Shown here: one piece after another, positions 38,796 to 47,204 of the stretch
How the letters are laid out: every line of letters begins with the position of its first letter
Position numbering within the stretch: position 1 is the first letter of the stretch
Virus record (IMG/VR): IMGVR_UViG_3300042154_001807
Span: 1 to 56,548 of that record
Source of the DNA: a virus
Lineage: Duplodnaviria > Caudoviricetes
Direction: 5' to 3' (one strand)
DNA: 56,548 nt
Notes under the pieces: generated by a model
Databases searched by the model: none
Told to the model about the DNA's origin: nothing
What the model saw: the letters and a program-made list of their open reading frames with translations, nothing else
Translations under genes and position numbers: made by a program

Positions 38796-38841
38796 ACACA
38801 CCAACCGACTCCGAGGCGTTGCCTCTCACGACTTGTTCGTC
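38780..38841 (-). mobile_element. Partial/hybrid attC-like site C
   Basis: R''-L'' arm GACGAAC-AAGTC-GTGAGAGG-CAACGCC is nearly identical to site G, but the matching L' is missing. Confidence 0.55.
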
Positions 38842-38974
38842 TTGTTTGAATTGGGAGCCACGCCAGAACAGCGGCATTGGTGACGGATACTGCCAGATCT
38901 TCGATAAATTCACCGATCCTGACCACGGCAAACGCTGCACCGCATTTGAGCCGAACGCACAAGCAAAGCCATGA
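38792..38974 (+). CDS. Small Cys-rich cassette protein
   Basis: MNTPTDSEALPLTTCSSC..W...GYC...C..F; starts and ends inside attC-like sites. Confidence 0.6.
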   Translation: MNTPTDSEALPLTTCSSCLNWEPRQNSGIGDGYCQIFDKFTDPDHGKRCTAFEPNAQAKP

Positions 38975-39080
38975 GCCATTGTGAAAACATCGACGGAAAG
39001 TGCGGAGCGTCGTGGTGTGACTGCGACTATCAGCGGCGTAAAAAGTCAGTTGGATCATTGGCTTCTGCGCCTTGTTCGCG
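38950..39080 (-). mobile_element. attC-like site D (131 bp)
   Basis: Minus strand: CGCGAAC-AAGGC-GCA(G)AAGC-CA(A)TGA...TCATG-GCTTTGC-TTGTGC-GTTCGGC. Confidence 0.8.
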
Positions 39081-39333
39081 GTTGCGGATACCTCGCCACC
39101 TGCTCGAACTGCGCATTCGCAACGCCATAGCCGACAAGGAAATGGTAACGGCGATGGCAAACCGTGACCTGCAATGCGGGGACGGGTGGCGGTGCGACTA
39201 TGCCGAGTGGCATCGTGAAGTCTCAAAGGAGATCGAGGAACTATTCATTCTTTCCGCGAACAGCCAAGCACAGGCACGCCCAGCGTTGCCTGATGCGGAA
39301 TGTTCGGAACAACCAACAAACGAAACAAAATGA
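38971..39333 (+). CDS. Hypothetical cassette protein
   Basis: 120 aa; starts inside site D and reads through site F. Confidence 0.6.
   Translation: MSHCENIDGKCGASWCDCDYQRRKKSVGSLASAPCSRLRIPRHLLELRIRNAIADKEMVTAMANRDLQCGDGWRCDYAEWHREVSKEIEELFILSANSQAQARPALPDAECSEQPTNETK
39255..39308 (-). mobile_element. attC-like site F (54 bp)
   Basis: Minus strand: TCCGAAC-ATTCC-GCA(T)CAGG-CA(A)CGC-TGG-GCGTG-CCTGTGC-TTGGCT-GTTCGCG. Confidence 0.85.
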
Positions 39334-39689
39334 ACGACACACCGACACCGAGGACGGATGCTGAACACGCTCAATTTCCGATGGGAGGATTTACGTTAGA
39401 CTTTGCCAGAAAACTTGAACGCGAGCTTGCCGCCGCACGGGAGGAATTAGCCGAACTAAAGGCGGAATACGGAACGTGGTGGGCGCAGAAACGCATCGCA
39501 ATTGATGAGCTAAAGGAAGTCACCGAGCAGCGAGACAGGCTGGCTGAGGAGTTGAAAAATATCAAATGTGCTTTTTGCGGGGAAACGCAACAAACAGAAA
39601 ATGAAAAAGCATATTGCCAAGAGTTTAGCAATACACTAGGTGAGTTACCAACTATGGCTATGTGGCTACTAACTAAAAGGAAGCCATGA
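39330..39689 (+). CDS. TPRTD/ARKLERE-type coiled-coil protein
   Basis: Probable start MNDTPTPRTD, ATGA-coupled. Confidence 0.6.
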   Translation: MNDTPTPRTDAEHAQFPMGGFTLDFARKLERELAAAREELAELKAEYGTWWAQKRIAIDELKEVTEQRDRLAEELKNIKCAFCGETQQTENEKAYCQEFSNTLGELPTMAMWLLTKRKP

Positions 39690-39840
39690 ACCTAGAACTC
39701 TGGCAAATCGTCGGCAATCAAGGAGGTGATCGATGAGCGACCAAAGCATAAAACTGTTAGAAAAGATCCTCGACAAGGCAAAATCTCTAACGAAATAGAA
39801 CTTTCTTTCGTTGTAGAATATAGGATTTTGAAAATACTTG

Positions 39841-39890
39841 TTTACAACGGAAGCGTTTTTGTTATGTTTCGTTTGTCGCCGCGAGCGACA
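39841..39890 (+). promoter_or_regulatory. Early promoter P2 plus leader hairpin
   Basis: TTTACA-16-TATGTT, then TGTCGC-CGCGA-GCGACA. Confidence 0.55.
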
Positions 39891-39915
39891 CCAACAACAC
39901 TAATCAAAACACATT

Positions 39916-40164
39916 ATGAAAACTACAATCATCCACGTCGATCACCGCAAAGTTGAAGTCGAAATCAGAAACGCTCCAAACGGTCGCAAGCTTGTAATCG
40001 CTATTCGCGATGCGGGTGCATCGGAAATGTGGGATCAAAAACCTAATCCGATTGGCGCATATATACGCCAGCAGTGGAATAAAACTTACATCTACAAGCG
40101 TTGCGCGGGATGGGTATCCCTAAGCGCATCGCAAATTGGATTTCTTGACGAAATTACAGTCTAA
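39916..40164 (+). CDS. Small early protein
   Basis: 82 aa after P2. Confidence 0.65.
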   Translation: MKTTIIHVDHRKVEVEIRNAPNGRKLVIAIRDAGASEMWDQKPNPIGAYIRQQWNKTYIYKRCAGWVSLSASQIGFLDEITV

Positions 40165-40216
40165 CTAATTCAAAAACAGGGGCGCGGCTGAATACGCGCA
40201 ACCGAAACACAAAATT

Positions 40217-40462
40217 ATGACAATCACAAACGCAATTAAAAAAGTTACCAAGGCAGGTTTCAAAGTCACACAAAATGGGAAACGCTATTCAGCAAAAAAA
40301 GATGGCATAAATTATCTTGTTGAGTTTTCACAAAACGGCAGTGAAGACATAATCACCTGCATCGGAGTGCGTCACAAAAACGATAATAGCGATAGTCAAT
40401 GCGACTATTGCGCCACGATTTTTACTGATAACCTATCGCAAGCAATCAGACTTGCTCACTAA
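40217..40462 (+). CDS. Small early protein
   Basis: 81-aa ORF. Confidence 0.65.
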   Translation: MTITNAIKKVTKAGFKVTQNGKRYSAKKDGINYLVEFSQNGSEDIITCIGVRHKNDNSDSQCDYCATIFTDNLSQAIRLAH

Positions 40463-40470
40463 CTAAAAAT

Positions 40471-40683
40471 ATGGAACCAGAAGCCGCCGCCGCGAGAATA
40501 TGCTGCGAGTATAATCTCCTAGCAGAAGACTCGGATATTAAGACTATCTGCATGAGCGCTGACGACCTGCACAGTCTAGCGCTTGACTGGCAGCGCAAGA
40601 CCAAAATCCTTCAGGATCTGTTAGACCACGTAGCTGGAATTCAATCTAACGTAAACGACTTAGCCAAGATTTTAAAATCATGA
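40471..40683 (+). CDS. Small early protein
   Basis: 70-aa ORF. Confidence 0.55.
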   Translation: MEPEAAAARICCEYNLLAEDSDIKTICMSADDLHSLALDWQRKTKILQDLLDHVAGIQSNVNDLAKILKS

Positions 40684-41279
40684 ACGACACCAAGACAAAC
40701 GAGGAAATGATCAGGCTCCTTCTCACACCGATCAGCGAACTGAGCAAAGACGAAGTGTCATTCTTCGTCGGGAACAGGGAGCTTCTAAGAAATCTGAGGA
40801 ATTCTCCAGAGTATTATCGGGGTCTTGCTGCGGATCTCAGGACGAAGTCGGTAATCCCTAACGGGATGCGTCTCACTGGTCTCACAGAACACGTCACGCA
40901 TGCCAGTGGTAAACGCAAGACAGTATGCACGTCGGCTGCTCTGGCATTCTTCAACGTGCCACCAAGCGCATACCACTACAGTGGTCATGCAGAGCAAGAC
41001 AACGCAGTCCTGCGCAGGCACGGCTGGAGTGCCCGTAGCCGTAAATCAGCGTTCAAGGTGAAGGGTGGCAAGGCATCGCTCGCCAGCGTCATCAGGGGCA
41101 TCAAGGATCGAGGAGAAGACGGGCACTACAAGCTCAGCATCAGACTGACCAAGGGTCAGGGATACCACTGCATCGTGATCGACTCCAAAGGCAAGATCGT
41201 AGTCGACACTGCGAGCAGCGCCACCACACCTCGCGCCACCGTGCGTGACATTTACATCATTCAACGAATAAAAAAATAA
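40680..41279 (+). CDS. Hypothetical protein, possibly papain-like (Cys...His...Asp)
   Basis: 'TVCTSAAL', 'YHCIVID', 'VVDT'. Confidence 0.45.
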   Translation: MNDTKTNEEMIRLLLTPISELSKDEVSFFVGNRELLRNLRNSPEYYRGLAADLRTKSVIPNGMRLTGLTEHVTHASGKRKTVCTSAALAFFNVPPSAYHYSGHAEQDNAVLRRHGWSARSRKSAFKVKGGKASLASVIRGIKDRGEDGHYKLSIRLTKGQGYHCIVIDSKGKIVVDTASSATTPRATVRDIYIIQRIKK

Positions 41280-41281
41280 TT

Positions 41282-41521
41282 ATGAACACACGACCAATAC
41301 ACGAAATAGCGTCCGAGATTTATCAGGACTGGGGAAGCAAAGTGAACTTCGCGGCGAAGCCATACCTGAAGGCGATGACCTTCTTGGACAAGCCGACGGA
41401 CAAATACATCCACGACAGCGGCAGAGACATCGTCCTGCGCTTCCTGTGCAATGCCACGACCTACCGTGGAGAAACCGCACGACGGGTGAAGGCAGAACTT
41501 AAAAAACTGTTAGGGATTTAA
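41282..41521 (+). CDS. Conserved small phage protein
   Basis: 'RPIHEIA.EI..DW..VNFAAKPYL.AM...FL.NA...RGE.AR.VKAELK'. Confidence 0.7.
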   Translation: MNTRPIHEIASEIYQDWGSKVNFAAKPYLKAMTFLDKPTDKYIHDSGRDIVLRFLCNATTYRGETARRVKAELKKLLGI

Positions 41522-41522
41522 C

Positions 41523-41753
41523 ATGAAAACCAAGCCGATGAGAATCAAAGCTTTCTGGTCACTTTACGGTGTCCGCATCCACCGTGCAGGTCGCAACCTA
41601 GACCTCGGTGGAGGCGATGGGGCTTATCACGTAGCAGCTTTTAATTTACTAAATCTGTTAGAGAGAGAGTGCTACACTGGCGAGATTGAATTTTACGGAA
41701 ATTGTTCAAAAGAAGTGGAAAAAGAATTCAACGAATACAAGTCAATCGGCTGA
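41523..41753 (+). CDS. Small early protein
   Basis: 76-aa ORF. Confidence 0.55.
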   Translation: MKTKPMRIKAFWSLYGVRIHRAGRNLDLGGGDGAYHVAAFNLLNLLERECYTGEIEFYGNCSKEVEKEFNEYKSIG

Positions 41754-41793
41754 AACCATTTTAGAATATAGCGAAAATAAATGAAAATAATTA

Positions 41794-41821
41794 TTTACAT
41801 CGGAAGTATTTTCGCTATGAT
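41794..41821 (+). promoter_or_regulatory. Early promoter P3
   Basis: TTTACA-16-TATGAT with a CGGAAGTATTT spacer like P1 and P2. Confidence 0.55.
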
Positions 41822-41843
41822 GAGCGCGTCAACCAACAACATT

Positions 41844-42239
41844 ATGAACACACCTACGAATCCAACAGCAGCACAAATTGCACAATACACAGCAACCGTC
41901 ACCCAAGTGGGCAAAAAATGGGTGCATACTTTGATTGACGAAAATGGACAAGTGATTGCAAAGCGTAGCACAGACAACTGCACACCATACCGTGCAGCGT
42001 GTGTTACAGTTGTCACTCTTAATTCTCGCATTCACTCCCTCAAAAGAGAGATTGTAAAATCTCGTTCAAAGTCATTCATTGAGTCCTGCAAACACGACAT
42101 TCAAGAAGCACAGGCAGATATTGCAGCAGGTGTTGATGGCAACCAGTATTTTGGTTTTATTGTTTCATGGACAAGAGGTCTTTCTGGGTCCGCCAGTTAT
42201 GGATCAATCATTGCCAGACTGGTGCCATGCAAAGCATAA
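41844..42239 (+). CDS. Hypothetical early protein
   Basis: Probable start MNTPTNPT downstream of P3. Confidence 0.6.
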   Translation: MNTPTNPTAAQIAQYTATVTQVGKKWVHTLIDENGQVIAKRSTDNCTPYRAACVTVVTLNSRIHSLKREIVKSRSKSFIESCKHDIQEAQADIAAGVDGNQYFGFIVSWTRGLSGSASYGSIIARLVPCKA

Positions 42240-42261
42240 ATCAACTAACATACCAGCACTC

Positions 42262-42291
42262 ACCTCACCGATTGAATTCGGTGGGGTTTTC
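42262..42291 (+). terminator. Possible intrinsic terminator
   Basis: CCTCACCGA-loop-TCGGTGGGG followed by TTTT. Confidence 0.5.
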
Positions 42292-42301
42292 TGGGCGTAA
42301 C

Positions 42302-42538
42302 ATGAAAATACTAATTGCCAACATCCCGATCGGTCTTCGCCTTGCTCTCAAGGCTGGAGAATTCGCAGCAATCAGACTCAGCTCTGGAGCAAACAACAGT
42401 GTCTTGATCAGAGACGGTCGAGCCTACCAGTTCGAGAACACGATGCGCAGCAAGATGCCGTCTTTGCCTGCGACATCGCTACCAGTAAAAGTAAAAAGAG
42501 TCTCAGAAAAATCTATCACATTCGACCTATTGCCATGA
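42302..42538 (+). CDS. Hypothetical protein
   Basis: Probable start MKILIANIP. Confidence 0.55.
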   Translation: MKILIANIPIGLRLALKAGEFAAIRLSSGANNSVLIRDGRAYQFENTMRSKMPSLPATSLPVKVKRVSEKSITFDLLP

Positions 42539-42852
42539 ACATCCTATCATCAAAACGTCGTGGCGTAAATGCCGCCCTGAACGCATCTCCCAGCCTGTCT
42601 GGAAACATGCGTCACGGGTCAACCACCTCTGGGCTACAGGAGCTTACACGCATCCTTGCAGCGCACGGTTTCAGCCTTGACATTGTCCGAGGAGATACCA
42701 TCATCGGTGACCGAGGGATTGTCACCCTGCCATTCAGACCGACCTCGGACGACTCTGCCACGGAGCTGCCACAAGTCACTAATTCATTCGCGGTCTTTTC
42801 TTGGACGAAGCTCGACGAAGATCGCACTGAAGTCCTCGCATACCTCTCCTAA
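42535..42852 (+). CDS. Hypothetical protein
   Basis: 105 aa, ATGA-coupled. Confidence 0.6.
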   Translation: MNILSSKRRGVNAALNASPSLSGNMRHGSTTSGLQELTRILAAHGFSLDIVRGDTIIGDRGIVTLPFRPTSDDSATELPQVTNSFAVFSWTKLDEDRTEVLAYLS

Positions 42853-42866
42853 CAACTAAAATTAAT

Positions 42867-43043
42867 ATGAAAATAACACAGCAATACGCAGACAGAACAG
42901 TCGGGATCATAGCCGCCCAGTCATACCTTGACGAGCGGTTCGCCCCGACCAATAGCAAGCTCGCCAGCGCCTTCATCACGGGTTTAGGCATTGGAATCAT
43001 CATCGCGACCATCATCGGTCTGCTCGTCATCCAACCCAGCTAA
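42867..43043 (+). CDS. Small membrane protein (58 aa)
   Basis: Manual translation; C-terminal hydrophobic stretch GLGIGIIIATIIGLLVI. Confidence 0.5.
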   Translation: MKITQQYADRTVGIIAAQSYLDERFAPTNSKLASAFITGLGIGIIIATIIGLLVIQPS

Positions 43044-43219
43044 TGAAACCTAACAAAAACGCACAGGCACTCGGCGCTCTTGGAAAAGGCATCAAGAAGA
43101 CCATGACCAAGGCAGCGCTTGAGCAGCGCAAGGCTGCTTCCAAGAAGCCAAGGACCACCACTCCAACTAAATCAACAATTGCTCGCAGAGCAAAACTCGG
43201 AATCAAAAACAAATTATGA
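43043..43219 (+). CDS. Small very basic protein (58 aa)
   Basis: Manual translation MKPNKNAQALGALGKGIKKT...; coupled to both neighbours. Confidence 0.55.
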   Translation: MKPNKNAQALGALGKGIKKTMTKAALEQRKAASKKPRTTTPTKSTIARRAKLGIKNKL

Positions 43220-43440
43220 ACGACATCATCGAACACCACACCAAGCAGGAGTCTGCGGCTCAGTCAGAGCTTCAGCAATTGAAAGATCGCGAGTTCAGTT
43301 TAAAGCTGAAGCTGCGGTTTCAGAAAGCTCCAGTCCAGTATCATAGCCGCCACGGTCGAACCCGTGCAGCTATACAACTAAGAATCTCCCAGCACGGTGC
43401 GCTCGCCAGCTACTGGGCAAACAAAATGAAGCGAGCCTAA
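43216..43440 (+). CDS. Hypothetical protein
   Basis: 74-aa ORF. Confidence 0.5.
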   Translation: MNDIIEHHTKQESAAQSELQQLKDREFSLKLKLRFQKAPVQYHSRHGRTRAAIQLRISQHGALASYWANKMKRA

Positions 43441-43445
43441 AATTT

Positions 43446-43543
43446 TCTCTCGCCAGTGCTGAGGCGGCGACTCAGGATAAAGCCCTTGAATGGGACAGAG
43501 TGCCTGCCAGCGATGGCTTAAAAACATGACAACTGGCGAGAGA
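43446..43543 (+). ncRNA. Candidate multibranch structured RNA
   Basis: 12-bp closing stem TCTCTCGCCAGT/ACTGGCGAGAGA encloses CTGAG/CTCAG, CCC/GGG and GCCA-GCGA-TGGC hairpins. Confidence 0.55.
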
Positions 43544-43560
43544 TTCAAATCAAATAAATT

Positions 43561-44676
43561 ATGAACAAAACATTACCACCACAAGAGGTCGAGGTGCTAC
43601 CCACGCTCGAGATGTCGGAAGTCCCACAGGAGTTCCAAGTGAAGATTCGCGCCAGTTTCGGAGACCTGATGCACCAAGCTGATGTGCTTGTTACCAAGGC
43701 TCGAGAAATCGCAGCAATGGGAGAGTCTACCGATCAGGAGAAGCAGGCACGGGAGACCCGTCTGGCGCTCGTCAAGGTGCGGACTAGTGCCGAGAAAACG
43801 CATAAGGACATGAAGCAAGACATCCTTGTGCAAGGTCGTGCGATCGACGGGGCGAAGAACATCGTGATCGCTGCTACCCAGCCGTCCGAGAAGGACATGA
43901 AAGCGATCGAGGATCGTGCCGAGCTACGTGCCCAAGAAGAGCGCGACCGTCTGCACGCTGATCGATACGCTGAGCTGAACCAGTTCACGACCGCATACAA
44001 CACACTCAGCCTCGGTCGCCTGACCGCTGAGGAGTATGCAGCGATGCTTGACAACAGCAAGCTGGCACACGAAGCCAGAATTGCCCGTGAAGAGCGCGAG
44101 AAGGCAGAGCGCGAAGCCGCAGCCAAGGCTGAGGAGGAAGAGCGCCAGCGCATTGCTGCCGAGCGTGTAGAGGCTGAGAAGAAAGCAGCAGCAGAGCGTG
44201 CTGAGCTTGAGGCTAAGGCAAAGCGTGAGGAGGCTGCTCGCAAAGAAGCTGAAGCAGTGATCGCAAAGCAGCAAGCAGAGGCTGAAACCGCTCGCAAAGC
44301 TGCTGCTGCGGCACTAGCCAAGCAGCAGGCAGAGGCTGAGGCAAAGCTCGCAGCAGAGCGTAAGTCTGCGGCAGCGGCTCTTGAGGCTGCGGCAGCGGCG
44401 ATTGAGAAAGCAAAAGCTGAGGCAGCACGGCTTGCAAAGATCGAATCCGATCGATTGGCTGCTGCTCGCGCCGATTCCGAGGCTAAGGAACAGGCTGAGA
44501 AAAAAGCAGCCATTGCTCCTGACAAAGTCAAAATCGCTGAATACGCGAAAGAGATTTTAGGGGTCAGGTTGCCTACTGGCAGCACCGACGATGGGAAAGC
44601 AGCTTGCGCTAAAATCAGCAAGGTCATCGAAACAGCACTCGCTGAAATCCGAACCATTTACACAACACTAAAATGA
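43561..44676 (+). CDS. Long coiled-coil protein of the recombination module
   Basis: Ala/Glu/Lys/Arg-rich; 'AIDGAKN', 'APDKVKI'. Confidence 0.7.
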   Translation: MNKTLPPQEVEVLPTLEMSEVPQEFQVKIRASFGDLMHQADVLVTKAREIAAMGESTDQEKQARETRLALVKVRTSAEKTHKDMKQDILVQGRAIDGAKNIVIAATQPSEKDMKAIEDRAELRAQEERDRLHADRYAELNQFTTAYNTLSLGRLTAEEYAAMLDNSKLAHEARIAREEREKAEREAAAKAEEEERQRIAAERVEAEKKAAAERAELEAKAKREEAARKEAEAVIAKQQAEAETARKAAAAALAKQQAEAEAKLAAERKSAAAALEAAAAAIEKAKAEAARLAKIESDRLAAARADSEAKEQAEKKAAIAPDKVKIAEYAKEILGVRLPTGSTDDGKAACAKISKVIETALAEIRTIYTTLK

Positions 44677-45554
44677 TACAAGAAGCACAAAGAAAAGGAG
44701 CCAAGGGAGTTTTCGGATTCGCTGGTCAATCGGGCACTGGGAAAACCTTTAGCGCACTCATGTTCGCGTATGGTCTCGCTGGCTGCGTCGGCAAGCGCAT
44801 GGGATTTCTTGACACCGAGAACCGTCGAGGAAGTCTCTACGCTGACATCCTTCCAGATGGCGACCGATTCATGGCAATGGACATGACCGCTCCGTTCCAT
44901 CCTCGCAAATATGTCGAGGCTATTGCGGAGTTCGAAAAAGCTGGAATCGACACCCTTGTCATCGACTCTATCTCTCACGAATGGGAGGGTCAAGGAGGCT
45001 GCTCCGACATCGCTCTCTACGGGGACTACACCGACGCTCAGTTCTCTGACGGCACATGGTGCGCGAAAGAAGCCAAGCGTGCCCAGTGGCAGGTTGCTAA
45101 GCGCGAGAACCAGAAGTTCGTGAACGCACTGCTACAGTCGAAGATGAACATCGTCGTCTGCCTCCGAGCCAAGGAGAAGTCCAAGGTCGAGCAAGACGGT
45201 GGTGTCAGCTCATTGGGTATCCAGCCGATCTGCGAGAAGAATTTCTCGTTCGAGGCTACCACTCTCTTGCTCATGCAGGACGAGGGTTCGTCTCAGAAGG
45301 TGCTGCGCTGCCCTTCGGCGCTCAGACCCTACCTCGGACGTGCCGATGACTACATCACGGTGCAGGACGGTCTTGCTGTGCGCGAGTGGCTACAGGGAGG
45401 CACTCCTATGACAGCACTCGACAGACTGCGTGCGCAGCTCCTCACCAGCGCTGGGGAAGCCAGAGAGGCACTGTGGAAGTCTCTGACCAAGGATCAGAAG
45501 AAAACTCTAACCGACGACGGCACAGTCGCTCGTTTGAAAGGTGAGACGGTATAA
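44673..45554 (+). CDS. AAA_24 / Sak4-like ATPase (ssDNA annealing/recombination)
   Basis: Walker A GQSGTGKT, 'DTE', Walker B 'LVIDSISHEWEG.GG'. Confidence 0.8.
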   Translation: MIQEAQRKGAKGVFGFAGQSGTGKTFSALMFAYGLAGCVGKRMGFLDTENRRGSLYADILPDGDRFMAMDMTAPFHPRKYVEAIAEFEKAGIDTLVIDSISHEWEGQGGCSDIALYGDYTDAQFSDGTWCAKEAKRAQWQVAKRENQKFVNALLQSKMNIVVCLRAKEKSKVEQDGGVSSLGIQPICEKNFSFEATTLLLMQDEGSSQKVLRCPSALRPYLGRADDYITVQDGLAVREWLQGGTPMTALDRLRAQLLTSAGEAREALWKSLTKDQKKTLTDDGTVARLKGETV

Positions 45555-45557
45555 TTT

Positions 45558-45785
45558 ATGACTGACGAAGAAATTGAATTCTTTCAGCGTGAGAGCGCTG
45601 AAAGAAAGCGGATCAAAAAAATGGTTGATGACCTAAACGAAAGCGAGAAAGAGCGCAAGTCGTGGAGCAAATCACAAGAGCATAAAGCACCGTCAATAAC
45701 ACGATCCTATGCTGGCGGCAAAACATCGAAGGTCAAAGGGACTGGAAACTTTGACAGAGAGCAAATCAGATACGAAGGAAAATAA
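45558..45785 (+). CDS. Hypothetical protein
   Basis: 75-aa ORF. Confidence 0.55.
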   Translation: MTDEEIEFFQRESAERKRIKKMVDDLNESEKERKSWSKSQEHKAPSITRSYAGGKTSKVKGTGNFDREQIRYEGK

Positions 45786-45789
45786 TAAC

Positions 45790-46701
45790 ATGCAACCACA
45801 AATCATATACAACTACCCGAGAAAAAATTACTTCGCCCCTCATACTGGCGACCACAAGACACTGCGTGTCAGTAAGTCAATGCTTACCGACTTCGTGCCT
45901 AACCCAGCTGCGTGGCTGCTCATGCCTGTGCGCGAATACACAAAGGCGATGAAGTTCGGAAACCTCGTCGACTGCTTAGCACTGACCCCGACCGAGTTCG
46001 AGAACGAATACACAATCCTCCCATCGCACTACCCGTGCAAGCCGACCAAAATAGATCCTCGGGTAGAGAAACCGTGGAACGCTAATTCAAACTACTGCAA
46101 AGCTTTCGAAGCAGGTGTCGAGCTGGACGGCAAGCAAGCTGTGAAGCAAAGCGACTACCAGCAGGCACTCCAAGCGCTGACCATGCTCATGGCATTCAAG
46201 CCATACTCTGAGATGATGGAAGAGGCATCCACACAGGTTGCTATGTTCGGAGAGATTGTCGAAGAGGGATCTATGACCTTGGCTAAGGCGATGATTGACA
46301 TCGTGCCTAACAAAGGGAAGTGGAAGAGCTGCCTCGTTGACATGAAGACTACCGCTGAGATGTCGGAGCATCACTTTGCCAAGACAGTCGCGAAGTTTGG
46401 ATACCACCGTCAGGCTGCTCTGTATCTCGACCTGTGGAACGCATTGTCTGGTGAGAACCGAGACACGTTCTACATCGTATGGGTTCACAGTAAGGCACCT
46501 TACGAAGTGGCTATGAGACCGATCAGCGCCTCAGCAATTGCCGAGGGTCGTCGCTGGTATCGCAGCGCTCTTCGTCTCTGGAACGAATGCGTTACAACGG
46601 GAGTGTTCCCATCACCATGGGATGATATTGAGACCCCGATAGATTTGCCAGCGTTTGTCGAGTTGACATCGTTGGATGACGAAGAAGAAGAAGAAAACTA
46701 A
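45790..46701 (+). CDS. RecE/exonuclease VIII-like PD-(D/E)XK nuclease (DUF3799)
   Basis: 'SKSML', 'AMKFG', 'KAMID', 'VDMKTT', 'YHRQAALY', 'KAPYEV'. Confidence 0.85.
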   Translation: MQPQIIYNYPRKNYFAPHTGDHKTLRVSKSMLTDFVPNPAAWLLMPVREYTKAMKFGNLVDCLALTPTEFENEYTILPSHYPCKPTKIDPRVEKPWNANSNYCKAFEAGVELDGKQAVKQSDYQQALQALTMLMAFKPYSEMMEEASTQVAMFGEIVEEGSMTLAKAMIDIVPNKGKWKSCLVDMKTTAEMSEHHFAKTVAKFGYHRQAALYLDLWNALSGENRDTFYIVWVHSKAPYEVAMRPISASAIAEGRRWYRSALRLWNECVTTGVFPSPWDDIETPIDLPAFVELTSLDDEEEEEN

Positions 46702-46726
46702 TACCAATAATTAACTAAATAGAAAA

Positions 46727-47173
46727 ATGAGTAAAATATCACTAAACGATAAGTTAGCAGACCAAGAGGGTGGAGATTATATTCTCGTCCCTGTAGGCTA
46801 CCACGCATTCACAGTTGAAAGCGTAGGAGACGTAGAACTGTCATCCAACGGAAATGAGTTTCTAACCGTTGAGCTGACGTGCGGAGGAACCAAGGTGAAG
46901 GACAAAATTTTCTTAGGTGAGAAATCACTGTGGAGACTTGCCCGATTCTTGAAATCTTTGAAGGGAGGAGAGAGTCTTGGAGACATCGAGTTCGTGCCTG
47001 AAAAGTGCAGGTGGATTGTCGGCAAATCTGGGCAGCTTTTGATCGAGCATGAGAGTCCGACCGAAGGCAAGTATGCAGGCAAGAAATTTGCTCGCGTGAA
47101 GACATACGAGTGGGGGAAAGTGGTCGCTGATCTTGATGAGGATCCAGCAGATGACGACGACGTGCCGTTCTGA
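46727..47173 (+). CDS. DUF669-like ssDNA-binding protein
   Basis: 'PVGYH.F.V', acidic C-terminus ending DDDDVPF; follows the Sak4 and RecE-like genes. Confidence 0.75.
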   Translation: MSKISLNDKLADQEGGDYILVPVGYHAFTVESVGDVELSSNGNEFLTVELTCGGTKVKDKIFLGEKSLWRLARFLKSLKGGESLGDIEFVPEKCRWIVGKSGQLLIEHESPTEGKYAGKKFARVKTYEWGKVVADLDEDPADDDDVPF

Positions 47174-47204
47174 TCAATAAACGCTGGCATACCGTTTGTA
47201 TGCC

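Noticed and set aside
38064-39536. CRISPR array
   Set aside because: The repeats are heterogeneous, irregularly spaced and inside ORFs, and there are no cas genes. attC geometry explains them better.
43446-43543. Hammerhead ribozyme
   Set aside because: The CUGANGA/GAAA core is absent, so it is kept only as an unassigned structured RNA.
43734-44657. 307-aa antisense ORF and similar shadow ORFs opposite the giant gene and terL
   Set aside because: These are mirror frames of biased coding sequence with no recognisable motifs.
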